Positions 34,234-43,514 of a stretch of DNA of 64,000 nucleotides are shown here, one piece after another. Numbering within the stretch: position 1 is the first letter of the stretch; every line of letters begins with the position of its first letter. Under the pieces are notes generated by a model that worked only from the letters and a program-made list of their open reading frames with translations, had not been told where the DNA came from and did not search any database. The DNA is from Chitinophaga sp. (GTDB lineage: Bacteria > Bacteroidota > Bacteroidia > Chitinophagales > Chitinophagaceae), in assembly GCF_035761305.1 (NCBI RefSeq), contig NZ_DASTRI010000001.1, forward strand, positions 14,150 to 78,149, written 5' to 3'. Made by a program: the position numbers and the translations under genes.

Positions 34234-35514
34234 CTATATCACCACCAGCTCGTAAAAATCAGCCGGGGTAAAATATTGCTGCGCCAGCTGCTGCAGCTCT
34301 TCAGCTGAAATGGTTTTAATAATGCGGATGTTGTTGTTAAAATAATTTTCATCCAGGTCGTTCAGGATCAGGCTTTTCCAGCGCTGTATTACCTGGAAAG
34401 CGCCATCCAGGTCGCCCAGGATGGAACCGATCATATAGTTGCGTACCAGGCTTAGCTCCTCTTCCGGTACCGGCTCGTGCTGCAACCGCTCCAGCTCTTT
34501 ATAAATCTCTTCAATGGTGGCTTCGCACACATTGCGGCCGGCCTCTGTATGTATATTCAGCGCGCTGGTTTGGCGGAAGTTGTATAGCTGCGAGTGAATG
34601 CCGTAGGTATAGCCTTTATCTTCCCGGATGTTGCTCATAAGGCGCGAGCCAAAGTACCCGCCCAGTATGGTGTTCAGCACCATCATTTTAGGAAAGTCGG
34701 GATGGTAGCGGTTAGGGAAAGGCCGGGCTACACGCACTGCACCCTGCACACCATTTTCATCATTAAAAATACGATGCTTTTTTTCCTCTGCTGTTTGTAT
34801 GGGCAGCTCGGGCCGCAGCAGGTTGCTTTCACCATTCCATTTTGAGCTGCCGAAGTATTTGTTCAGCAGCGGTATCATATTTTCCGGCAGGTTGCCGGCA
34901 ACAAATATTTTACAGTTGTTATAGGAATAATGCCTTTGATAAAAAGCGCGGAGGGTGCCTGTTTCCAGGGCATCATAAGCCATCATTGAGCTTACGCGGC
35001 CGTACGGGTGAAACTCGCCAAACAGGTACCGGTCTATATAACGGTTGGCTACAAAGTCGCACTTCTGCAGGTTTACCGCCAGGCGCTGTTTCATATTCTG
35101 CTGGTAAATGGCCAGTTCGTCGCTGTTGAAAGCAGGGTCCTGTATCACCTCCTGCAGCAGCGGCAGCAGGTCTGCCGTGTGCCGGGTAAGGCAGTGCAGG
35201 GTATAAGTGGCGTTTTCGTGATAGCTGTTGCGGTTCAGGTAAGCGCCAAAGTATTCAATGCTTTCGTTTATTTCCAGGGCATTGTGCCGGCTGCTGCCGT
35301 TCTTCATCAGGAAGTTGGTGGCGGCTGCTACCTGGCTTTCCTGCTCATACCAGCTGCCGGCCGGGAACACCAGCTCCAGCTGCAAGGTATCCTGCTCATC
35401 GTTCTTTATAACGTAAACGGGTATACCGTTATCCAGCGTGAATTTTTCGTATGGTTTCAGCGTTATATCAAACTCTACTGCGTCTTTTATTGCGGGGGCA
35501 ATTTTTCTGTTCAT
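34234..35514 (-). CDS. M16 family peptidase, non-catalytic subunit type (no HxxEH)
   Basis: 426 aa insulinase-like; the HxxEH position reads AAATNFLMKNGS; 4-nt overlap with the upstream M16 gene. Confidence 0.85.
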   Translation of the reverse strand: MNRKIAPAIKDAVEFDITLKPYEKFTLDNGIPVYVIKNDEQDTLQLELVFPAGSWYEQESQVAAATNFLMKNGSSRHNALEINESIEYFGAYLNRNSYHENATYTLHCLTRHTADLLPLLQEVIQDPAFNSDELAIYQQNMKQRLAVNLQKCDFVANRYIDRYLFGEFHPYGRVSSMMAYDALETGTLRAFYQRHYSYNNCKIFVAGNLPENMIPLLNKYFGSSKWNGESNLLRPELPIQTAEEKKHRIFNDENGVQGAVRVARPFPNRYHPDFPKMMVLNTILGGYFGSRLMSNIREDKGYTYGIHSQLYNFRQTSALNIHTEAGRNVCEATIEEIYKELERLQHEPVPEEELSLVRNYMIGSILGDLDGAFQVIQRWKSLILNDLDENYFNNNIRIIKTISAEELQQLAQQYFTPADFYELVVI

Positions 35515-36755
35515 ATCTGGTTATCTGCGTAGTAATAGATAGTATTGGAATTATTTTCATCAAAAATGATGTTGGCTTCGCGGTGAATGTCTGCCGTAGT
35601 TACCAGCTCATAATGTTGGAACTCCGTGTTCATGAACGCGGCATCGCCCATCAGCTCATAAAAGGCCAGGTTGTTGGCGCGGTTCAGCAGGCTCATATCT
35701 TCAAAAGCCAGCAGGCTTTCCACCCGGTTCTTTACTTTTTGCAGCTCGCGTTCCGGTATCTGTGTTTGCTGCAGCTTGCTAAGCTCTTCGTGTATGGCCT
35801 TTTCCGCATCTTTCATTTTAACGCCTTTTACCAGCTTGCCTTCAATGGTAAGCAGGCCGGCGTCTATACTGCCAAAGTGATAGCACTCTATATTGCTGAA
35901 CAGCTTTTTTTCCTTTACCAGCACCTGGTGCAGGCGGCTTGAGCTGCCCCCGCCCAGTATATCGGAAATAAGGTCTGCCGCATAGTAGCGCTGGTCCTGC
36001 CGCTGGTACATATGATAGCATTTGTACAACGCATCCAGCGGTACATTGGCTTTCACCTCCAGCTTATGCGCCGCTGTTTGCGGCGGCTCCTGCGGCAGCT
36101 GGCGTTGGTATTTTTCGCCAGAGGGAATATCGCCAAACCATTTTTCAGCCAGGGCTTTCACCTGCGGCGTGGTTACTTTACCGGCCACCACCAGTATGGC
36201 ATTTACAGGACGGTAGTATTTGAAGAAGAAAGCCTTTACATCTTCCAGGCGGGCATTTTCAATATGCGACAGCTCCCTGCCAATGGTCATCCACCGGTAA
36301 GGGTGGGTGGTGTAGGCCAGCTCGCGCATTTTATGCCAAACATCGCCATAGGGCTTGTTAATATAGTGTTCCTTAAACTCTTCGCTTACTACCTTGCGCT
36401 GCACGTCCAGGCTTTTTTCATCAAACGCCAGCGACAGCATGCGGTCGCTTTCCAGCCAGAAAGCGGTTTCAATGTTTTCCGCGGGCAGCTGTATGTAGTA
36501 GTTGGTAAGGTCGTTGGTGGTAAAGGCGTTGTTTTCGCCGCCGGCCATCTGCAATGGCTCGTCATAATCGGGTATGTTCACGGAGCCGCCAAACATCAGG
36601 TGCTCAAACAGGTGGGCAAAACCGGTGCGGGCCGGGTCCTCATCACGCGCGCCCACATCGTACAGTACATTCAGTACGGCCATAGGCGTAGTATGATCTT
36701 CATGCACAATTACCCGCAAACCATTGTCCAGCGTAAATTTATTAAAGTGGATCAT
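35511..36755 (-). CDS. M16 family zinc peptidase (pitrilysin-like, catalytic subunit)
   Basis: GFAHLFEHLMFGG inverted zinc motif HxxEH; start set at MIHFNKFTLDNG. Confidence 0.88.
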   Translation of the reverse strand: MIHFNKFTLDNGLRVIVHEDHTTPMAVLNVLYDVGARDEDPARTGFAHLFEHLMFGGSVNIPDYDEPLQMAGGENNAFTTNDLTNYYIQLPAENIETAFWLESDRMLSLAFDEKSLDVQRKVVSEEFKEHYINKPYGDVWHKMRELAYTTHPYRWMTIGRELSHIENARLEDVKAFFFKYYRPVNAILVVAGKVTTPQVKALAEKWFGDIPSGEKYQRQLPQEPPQTAAHKLEVKANVPLDALYKCYHMYQRQDQRYYAADLISDILGGGSSSRLHQVLVKEKKLFSNIECYHFGSIDAGLLTIEGKLVKGVKMKDAEKAIHEELSKLQQTQIPERELQKVKNRVESLLAFEDMSLLNRANNLAFYELMGDAAFMNTEFQHYELVTTADIHREANIIFDENNSNTIYYYADNQI

Positions 36756-36918
36756 ATTCTTTTTTTGAAAACTGAAACTGCTACCCCCGCTAAAACAGGG
36801 GAAATGCAAGTTATTAAAATTCTATGGCACAACAGATAATAAGTAAAAGACGCCGCAACTCCGGTCGGGAGGCAGCAAGCCGCCTGCTTTACAGTGCGCC
36901 GCCGGCGGCGGAAACGGA

Positions 36919-37854
36919 TTAGGGCTGCAGGTACAGCTCATGCTGGCGGTAGTTGATAATAACGGCGGAAAACTGCTTCCACACTGCATAACCGATGGCG
37001 CCTGCTATTTCCATGGTTTGCCCTTTGTCATTCACATCCTTGCAGTAGCTTACCGGCACCTTGTGCAGCTGTGTTTTACCTACAGACAGGGAGGGGATGC
37101 GGCTGTTCACATAGCTGTAGGTCTTTAACAGGTCCTGCACCTCTTCGGAGCCCACGGTGCTCATACGGTCGGCCAGCTGGTGTTCCTGCACATAAGGCCA
37201 GTTAAACAGCAGGCCATAATCGCCGCCGGTGGTTACATGGTAATTGGCGGTAAGGGATTGCCCGTCGTCCAGCTCAATGGTGGCGGGTATTACAGGGGTA
37301 CGGAAGTTCAGCTCAAAGGGCATTATCTGCGCGCCGGCAAATTTAAGAGAGGTGCCGGGCGGGTACAGCACCAGCCGCTGGTTTGCGTAATCAATTTTTA
37401 CAACATATTGCCGCAGCAGGTCAATACCAATAAACCCGTCTATCAGCAGGGGGCCTTTGCGGAATTCGGGAATATTTTCCAGGTAAACTTTCAGAAAGGG
37501 GATCTTTGTCTTATCCAAGTACAGCACATTCAGGGTAGTAGTGTTCACCTTCAGCATCAGGTTATTGGTGGCGGTAACGCCGGCTTTTTGCCTGAGCGGC
37601 AGGTTTAGTTTTTTAGCCAGGCCGTAATGCAGTATAGTAACCTCTGTACCGGTATCGAAAATAAAATGCAGGGTATCGCTGCTGCCCGATACCATGGCAG
37701 GTATTACAATCTGGTTGCCATAAAGCCGGAAGGGCAGCACGGCTGCGGCGCCCGGCTCCTCAGGGGCAGCGTGGCGCCGGTTTTGTGCGTGCGCCGGCAC
37801 AAACAGGCTGCAGCACAGCAGCACAAGCAAGGTATAGTTCCGCATGTAAAACAC
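36919..37854 (-). CDS. secreted retropepsin-like aspartic protease, two tandem lobes (DTG and degenerate TTG)
   Basis: Signal peptide; lobe 1 FIFDTGTEVTIL...DGFIGIDLLRQY; lobe 2 YHVTTGGDYGLLF...IAGAIGYAVWKQF. Confidence 0.7.
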   Translation of the reverse strand: MFYMRNYTLLVLLCCSLFVPAHAQNRRHAAPEEPGAAAVLPFRLYGNQIVIPAMVSGSSDTLHFIFDTGTEVTILHYGLAKKLNLPLRQKAGVTATNNLMLKVNTTTLNVLYLDKTKIPFLKVYLENIPEFRKGPLLIDGFIGIDLLRQYVVKIDYANQRLVLYPPGTSLKFAGAQIMPFELNFRTPVIPATIELDDGQSLTANYHVTTGGDYGLLFNWPYVQEHQLADRMSTVGSEEVQDLLKTYSYVNSRIPSLSVGKTQLHKVPVSYCKDVNDKGQTMEIAGAIGYAVWKQFSAVIINYRQHELYLQP

Positions 37855-37867
37855 ATTACCAATAACG

Positions 37868-39106
37868 TTACAAAATACTTTTTATTGGTAGTTTTTTGAG
37901 CATAAGTTCTTTATTGCGGATAATCAGCAAGGTGGGTTTGGTGCCTACTGTTTTCAGTATGTCCCTGTAAAGCTGCAGGTTATTGGAGAAGTTGTTGTTA
38001 ACCCCCACGATAATGTCGCCTTTTTTAAAGCCGGCTTTTTCAGCCGGGGAGCCTTTGATAATGTCGGTAATTTCAATGTGCCCGTCAATCAGGTAAATGA
38101 TAAGTCCTGTATAAGAATAATCAAACGGATCGCGGTAATGGGTATTGGGCAGCAGGTATATTTCCTTTTTGGGATAGTTCAGGTAAAGGTTAAAACGGCG
38201 CAGCAGGTCGTTGCCGATCATGCCGCCCAGGAAAGGATAGGCCGTGATGTTGGTAATGTCATCAAACAGGTATACCGGCACATTACGGAAATTGTAGGTA
38301 GCTATTTTAAACTCCTGTATGGTGGTAACCTGCATTTCCATTTTGCCGCCGAGGCCCTGGGCTTCGGTTTGTATAATTTTGCGGCGCCGCCTGCGGGATG
38401 ACAGCAGCGCGCTGTCTTTCACAAACTGGTTAGAGAGCAGCAGGCACATACCGGCGCCGGTATCAAAGTAATAGCGGTTCAGTGTTTGCGCTTTGCCATT
38501 GCGCAGCGGCGCCGATACAATGGGTATAAGTGTGAGGGAAGGTTTCAGCAGCTGCCCGCCCCGGGGATAGGAAAACTTTCCTTTGGAGTAAATGTTTATA
38601 AGCTCCTTATCATAATCCACATTCACAAGGTAGCGGCTTAGCAGGCTATGCCCAATTATCCCGTCTATCTGCAGGCCATACACCTGGCTAATAAGCTCAT
38701 AATCATTCACATGAAAATTAAGGCTGTCTACCTCCAGGCCGGGCAGCACCAGGGTGCGGTGCATGGCAAATGACACCTGCCGGGCGCCGCCCAGGCCGCG
38801 CACAATGCGGTCCGACGGCTGCAGCGGAATACCCAGGCGTACGCAGGTATTGGTATCAAGGGAAATGCCGGCGCTGCCGGTGTCGAGTATAAACTGCAGG
38901 GTATCCGGAAAGCCTTTGAGAAGCGCCTGTATAACTACCACGCCGCCGTAATATTGCTTAAAATGAAAGCTGGTAATGAGCACAGCCTCTTTTTCAGTAG
39001 TATCGGTATGCCGGGCGCTGGAAGGTACCAGGGCAGCTGCGTGTGTGGAATTGCAGGTAAGGGCCAGGAGGGCCAGCCAGCAGTATAACAGTAAGGTATA
39101 TCGCAT
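37868..39106 (-). CDS. secreted retropepsin-like aspartic protease with two intact DTG lobes and a C-terminal PDZ domain
   Basis: FILDTGSAGISL...DGIIGHSLLSRY and YYFDTGAGMCLL...GGMIGNDLLRRF, then PDZ GSPAEKAGFKKGDIIVGVNN; start set at MRYTLLLYCW. Confidence 0.72.
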   Translation of the reverse strand: MRYTLLLYCWLALLALTCNSTHAAALVPSSARHTDTTEKEAVLITSFHFKQYYGGVVVIQALLKGFPDTLQFILDTGSAGISLDTNTCVRLGIPLQPSDRIVRGLGGARQVSFAMHRTLVLPGLEVDSLNFHVNDYELISQVYGLQIDGIIGHSLLSRYLVNVDYDKELINIYSKGKFSYPRGGQLLKPSLTLIPIVSAPLRNGKAQTLNRYYFDTGAGMCLLLSNQFVKDSALLSSRRRRRKIIQTEAQGLGGKMEMQVTTIQEFKIATYNFRNVPVYLFDDITNITAYPFLGGMIGNDLLRRFNLYLNYPKKEIYLLPNTHYRDPFDYSYTGLIIYLIDGHIEITDIIKGSPAEKAGFKKGDIIVGVNNNFSNNLQLYRDILKTVGTKPTLLIIRNKELMLKKLPIKSIL

Positions 39107-39384
39107 ACAGGACGCGGGAAGCTCTCGTTTACCTAAATTTAACATTAAAATGCTTTTACATAGCAAAAAAATGTTTCAAACGGCGGCAAAACCGTACAAA
39201 CAACAGATTGCGCCGTATAAAGCGCCGCACAGCGCGGGCAGGCGGTTACAGGGCATTGGCCGCTGTGGGTTAAAAAGCCGGAATATGCCTGTTTAACAGG
39301 CCGGGAAATCAGCGCCGGTACTTATCTAGCCGGCAGGCGCTATGCCCGGCTGACGATTATCAGGATATAATATCCCGTAATTAG

Positions 39385-39392
39385 TAACTTTG
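39385..39392 (+). promoter_or_regulatory. -7 box TAACTTTG upstream of the futalosine-pathway gene
   Basis: TAnnTTTG match 17 nt before the ATG. Confidence 0.45.
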
Positions 39393-39409
39393 TTCCATAA
39401 GGCTTTACA

Positions 39410-40534
39410 ATGCAACTGAAAGATCTATATCAGAAGGCCCTTGCTTTTGAGTGGCTGACTGCGGAAGAAGGAGTGTACTTATTTGAGAAAGCGCCCATGG
39501 CAGAGCTGGCGCATATTGCCAACGAGCTGCGCAAAATACAGGTGCCGCACGGAAAGGTAACCTGGCAGATAGACCGGAACGTAAATACCACCAATGTTTG
39601 CACCGCCAACTGCAAATTCTGCAATTTTTACCGGGTGCCCGGTCACCCGGAAGCCTACATTACCAGTATTGACGAATACAAGCGTAAAATAGATGAAACG
39701 CTGAAGTATGGCGGCGATCAGCTGCTGCTGCAGGGCGGGCATCACCCCGAGCTGGGCCTTAGCTTTTACGTAGATCTTTTTAAGCAGCTGAAACAGCTGT
39801 ACCCCACCTTACGCCTGCATACACTGGGCCCCCCGGAAGTAGCGCATATTACCAAGCTGGAAAAAAGCACGCATATTGAGGTGCTCACGGCCCTGAAAGA
39901 AGCGGGCATGGACAGCCTGCCCGGCGCCGGCGCAGAAATACTGAACGACCGTGTGCGCCGTCTTATTTCAAAAGGCAAATGCGGCGCACAGGAGTGGCTG
40001 GATGTAATGCGCGCAGCGCACAAGCTAAACATCGCCTCCTCCGCCACCATGATGTTTGGCCATGTGGAAACCGTGCTGGAACGTTTCGAGCACCTGGTGG
40101 CCATACGGCAGGTGCAGAGCGAAAAGCCGGAAGGGCACTATGGCTTTACCGCCTTTATTCCCTGGACCTTCCAGGATGTAGATACGCTGCTGGCCCGCAT
40201 ACGCGGAGTGCACAACATTACCACTGCAGAAGAATACATACGCATGATAGCGCTCAGCCGCATTATGCTGCCCAATATTAAGAACATACAGGCGTCGTGG
40301 CTAACTGTAGGCAAACAGGTAGCGCAGCTATGCCTGCATGCCGGCGCCAATGATTTTGGCTCTATTATGATCGAAGAAAACGTGGTAAGCGCCGCCGGCG
40401 CACCGCACCGTTTTACCTACCGCTCTATACAGGAAGCAATACGGGAAGCCGGTTTTGAGCCGCAGCTGCGCACCCAGCTGTACCAGTTCCGGGAAATACC
40501 GGCCGCCATTGAAGAACAGGTGATTAACTACTAA
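39410..40534 (+). CDS. radical SAM menaquinone (futalosine pathway) enzyme, MqnC/MqnE (CofH-like) family
   Basis: 374 aa; radical SAM cluster motif CTANCKFCNF and CofH/MqnC-like GGDQLLLQGGHHPE. I cannot separate MqnC from MqnE by eye. Confidence 0.8.
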   Translation: MQLKDLYQKALAFEWLTAEEGVYLFEKAPMAELAHIANELRKIQVPHGKVTWQIDRNVNTTNVCTANCKFCNFYRVPGHPEAYITSIDEYKRKIDETLKYGGDQLLLQGGHHPELGLSFYVDLFKQLKQLYPTLRLHTLGPPEVAHITKLEKSTHIEVLTALKEAGMDSLPGAGAEILNDRVRRLISKGKCGAQEWLDVMRAAHKLNIASSATMMFGHVETVLERFEHLVAIRQVQSEKPEGHYGFTAFIPWTFQDVDTLLARIRGVHNITTAEEYIRMIALSRIMLPNIKNIQASWLTVGKQVAQLCLHAGANDFGSIMIEENVVSAAGAPHRFTYRSIQEAIREAGFEPQLRTQLYQFREIPAAIEEQVINY

Positions 40535-40537
40535 AAA

Positions 40538-40648
40538 GAATGTAAAATCATAAATGTAAAATGTAGAATGTAAAAGTAAAATGCAGCGTATTATGTAAGC
40601 GGCGTTTTACTTTTACATTTAGTATTCAGAATTTTACATTTTACATTC
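40538..40648. repeat. ATGTAAA-heptamer palindromic element, copy D (111 bp)
   Basis: Ends GAATGTAAAAT ... ATTTTACATTC are exact reverse complements; the left arm is nearly identical to solo arm B; it starts 4 nt after the mqn stop. Confidence 0.85.
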
Positions 40649-40740
40649 TTTTTCGTCCCCTTTTTTTGCATTCCCTTAACATCTGCATGTGTAACTCTAC
40701 CCTCCCCGGCCCGTCTAAACAATATAAAAACGAGGCGATT

Positions 40741-41379
40741 ATGAAAAAGATGGGATTATTTGCAATCAGCGCGGGCCTGTTATTGCTGGCGGCTTGTTCC
40801 AGCACCAAACTCACCTCATCCTGGAAAACAAGCGATGCACAGCTGCAGCCGGATAAAAAGATCATGGTAATGGCCCTGGTGCCCAAACAGGAAAAGCAGC
40901 TGCAGGCGCTAATGGAAGATAACCTGGTAACAGAGCTGAAAAAAGAAGGGCTCAATGCTGCTTCTGCCCTGCGTACCTACGGGCCGAATGCTTTTGGTGA
41001 TAACATCAGCGAAAAAGCCGCCATACGCAAGCTGCGTAACAGCGATGCCAGCCAGGTGCTAACAGTGGTGCTGCTGGATAAAAAGCGTGAGAAAGAATTT
41101 GTGCCGGCAGGGCCTGCATATGGACCGTTCCCGTATTATTACGGCGGTTTCTGGCCTTATTACAGCCGCTGGTATGGCGCTATGTACAGGCCGGGTTATT
41201 ACCAGTCCAACACCAAATATAACTGGGAAAGCAACCTGTACGACCTGGACCAGCATAAGCTGATCTACTCTGCGCAAACGCAGTCGGTAGACCCGCCCAC
41301 AGCGGTAAGGCAGGCGTACTTATACGCAAAACAAATTGTAAAGGACATGACTAAACAGCAGTTGATAGCCAGGAATTAA
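40741..41379 (+). CDS. hypothetical lipoprotein (Tyr/Gly/Pro-rich centre)
   Basis: MKKMGLFAISAGLLLLAACSS lipobox; no confident domain call (possibly DUF4136-like). Confidence 0.65.
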   Translation: MKKMGLFAISAGLLLLAACSSTKLTSSWKTSDAQLQPDKKIMVMALVPKQEKQLQALMEDNLVTELKKEGLNAASALRTYGPNAFGDNISEKAAIRKLRNSDASQVLTVVLLDKKREKEFVPAGPAYGPFPYYYGGFWPYYSRWYGAMYRPGYYQSNTKYNWESNLYDLDQHKLIYSAQTQSVDPPTAVRQAYLYAKQIVKDMTKQQLIARN

Positions 41380-41427
41380 CAAGGGTGTTTTCATTCAATC
41401 CAAAACCAACCGCTACAACTGCGCAAA

Positions 41428-41457
41428 GGGTGTATCAAAGCTGGTACACCCTTTTTA
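41428..41457 (+). terminator. intrinsic terminator after the lipoprotein gene
   Basis: Stem GGGTGTA/TACACCC followed by TTTTTATT. Confidence 0.6.
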
Positions 41458-41504
41458 TTGAAATGCCCCGTCCTGAAATAAGTTGATACAAAAATCAATT
41501 TATT

Positions 41505-41600
41505 ATGAAGGAGGGGAAATTTGTTAAGGTTAGACGAAGCCAGCGGGATTATAGCTTATCCTTTAAATTGCAGTTAGTAGGAGAAATAGAAAGGGCATAA
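41505..41600 (+). pseudogene. 31-codon remnant of an IS3-like transposase OrfA N-terminus
   Basis: Own translation MKEGKFVKVRRSQRDYSLSFKLQLVGEIERA-stop. It resembles the start of HTH-containing IS3-family OrfA proteins of Bacteroidota as I remember them; no further IS sequence follows. Confidence 0.45.
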
Positions 41601-41659
41601 GCATGTAAATTTGCTAAATTTGGCGCCTGAACCGCTTACATACCACCAGTTTTCCTGCT

Positions 41660-42202
41660 ATGTTGGAACTTCGCGTTAATGACCATATAACCCTGCGGCA
41701 GCTGCAGCCGGCAGATGCGGTACCGCTATACCGGCAAATAGACGCATCGCGGAAAAGCCTGCGTAAATTTTTACCGTGGGTGGATTACAATACCAATGAA
41801 GAACACTCCCTGCGTTTTATACAGCTTATGTTACGCAAGGCAGAAGAGCAGGAAGCCATGGCCCTGGGCATGTGGTACCAGCAGCAGCTGTGCGGCGTAA
41901 TGGACCTGCATGGCTGGGACCATTTGCTGCAAAAGGCGGAAATAGGCTACTGGGTAAGCGAAGCCTTCCAGCGCAAAGGCATTGCCACTGCCTGCTGCAA
42001 AGCGTTGATTACGTTTGCGTTTAAAAAACTGCGGCTGAACAAAATAGAGATCCGCTTTGTGCTGCAGAACGAGCGCAGCGCACAAATACCCATACGCCTT
42101 GGATTTACCAAAGAAGGCATACTACGGCATAGCGCCAAGCTGCACGGGCAGTACGTGGATATGGTAGTAATGGGCATTTTGCGGGAGGACTGGAAATTTT
42201 AA
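41660..42202 (+). CDS. GNAT family N-acetyltransferase (RimJ/RimL-like)
   Basis: 180 aa; IGYWVSEAFQRKGIATACCKALITFAF motif. Confidence 0.8.
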   Translation: MLELRVNDHITLRQLQPADAVPLYRQIDASRKSLRKFLPWVDYNTNEEHSLRFIQLMLRKAEEQEAMALGMWYQQQLCGVMDLHGWDHLLQKAEIGYWVSEAFQRKGIATACCKALITFAFKKLRLNKIEIRFVLQNERSAQIPIRLGFTKEGILRHSAKLHGQYVDMVVMGILREDWKF

Positions 42203-42357
42203 CAGGCAATAAACCCGGCATTATTGCAGCAGCCGGCCCGTTTTCCTGAGCGGGCCGGTGTTGATGTCGTAAGGCGTTACCGGTTGAAAAGCGGAAAGCG
42301 CACGTTTAAGGTACGCGCGCTTTCCCGGATGTTATGTCTTGTATTTATGTGCTGTTA

Positions 42358-43263
42358 TCAGATGTCGCAAATCTCCACACCCTGTTTCAGGGAGGCCAGC
42401 TTATCGGCCCTTTTGGGCACAAATTCCTGGGCTACAAAGCCTTTAAAGCCGGTATCGTGTATGGCTTTCATAATAGCGGGATAATACAGCTCCTGTGTTT
42501 CGTCGATCTCATGCCGGCCAGGTACGCCCCCGGTGTGATAGTGTGCAATGTAGGGATGATAGTCCTGTATGGTGCGGATCACATCTCCTTCCATGATCTG
42601 CATATGATAAATATCGTACAGCAGCTTAAAACGGTCGCTGTCAATGGCTTTGCACAGCTCAACGCCCCAAACCGTATGGTCGCACTGGTAATCGTGGTGG
42701 TTTACCTTGCTGTTCAGCAGCTCCATCACAATGTTCACCTTCTTTTTTTCCGCATAGTCCATAATGCGTTTCAGGCCCTGTGCGCAGTTTTTCAGGCCCT
42801 GCTCATCATCCAGCCCTTCGCGGTTGCCTGAAAAGCATATGAGGTTGGGAAACCCTGCCTTGGAAGTTTCGTCGATCAGGTACTGGTAATATTCCACCAG
42901 CTTATCATGGTGCTCCACCCGGTTCCAGCCTTTGGTAATGCCCCAGTCTTTATTAATAGCGGCTACCATGGCGCAGGTAAGATCATATTTCTTAGCCGTG
43001 GCAAAATCTTTAGGATCCAGCAGGTCAATGGATTGTAAACCCATTTGTTTGGATGATTTGCACAGCTCTTCCAGCGGAATATCGCTGTAGCACCAGGCGC
43101 AAACAGAGTGGTTAATATTGCCTTTCAGCTTTTCGTCCATAACCTGTTCATGGGCCATTAACCGGTTGGTAAGCGACGACAGCGTAGTAGAGGCAAAGGC
43201 CATAGCAGCGGCTTTCTTGATCATATCGCGGCGGGAGTTTTTATCAGTCATATTGCGGAGCAT
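42358..43263 (-). CDS. Tat-exported xylose-isomerase-like TIM barrel protein (hydroxypyruvate isomerase / sugar phosphate isomerase-epimerase family)
   Basis: Twin-arginine signal NSRRDMIKKAAAMAFA; metal-ligand pattern VMELLN...HDYQCD...LYDIYHMQIMEGD...HYHTGG. Confidence 0.8.
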   Translation of the reverse strand: MLRNMTDKNSRRDMIKKAAAMAFASTTLSSLTNRLMAHEQVMDEKLKGNINHSVCAWCYSDIPLEELCKSSKQMGLQSIDLLDPKDFATAKKYDLTCAMVAAINKDWGITKGWNRVEHHDKLVEYYQYLIDETSKAGFPNLICFSGNREGLDDEQGLKNCAQGLKRIMDYAEKKKVNIVMELLNSKVNHHDYQCDHTVWGVELCKAIDSDRFKLLYDIYHMQIMEGDVIRTIQDYHPYIAHYHTGGVPGRHEIDETQELYYPAIMKAIHDTGFKGFVAQEFVPKRADKLASLKQGVEICDI

Positions 43264-43290
43264 GATTTTTACAGGGGAAAAGATAGGGAA

Positions 43291-43335
43291 ATTAATTACG
43301 AATTACAACCGCCCCTGCGGGTTGTACGCATTTTC
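43291..43335. repeat. AATTACGAAT-family repeat fragment followed by a GC hairpin
   Basis: ATTAATTACGAATTACAACCGCCCCTGCGGGTTGTA, read directly. Confidence 0.5.
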
Positions 43336-43514
43336 ATTTTACCGTATTTCGCGCACATCTTTTTGACCTAATTTTACGTATATATCAATGAGTTATTAAG
43401 TAGTACAGCAGCCGGTTCCGGCCGGTTTCAAAGTTTGGCATTAATTATGCATATTTAACAGAAACTGTAACATTTTACCTATTTAAAAGTTTTATAGAAA
43501 AGAGGAGGTTGAAA

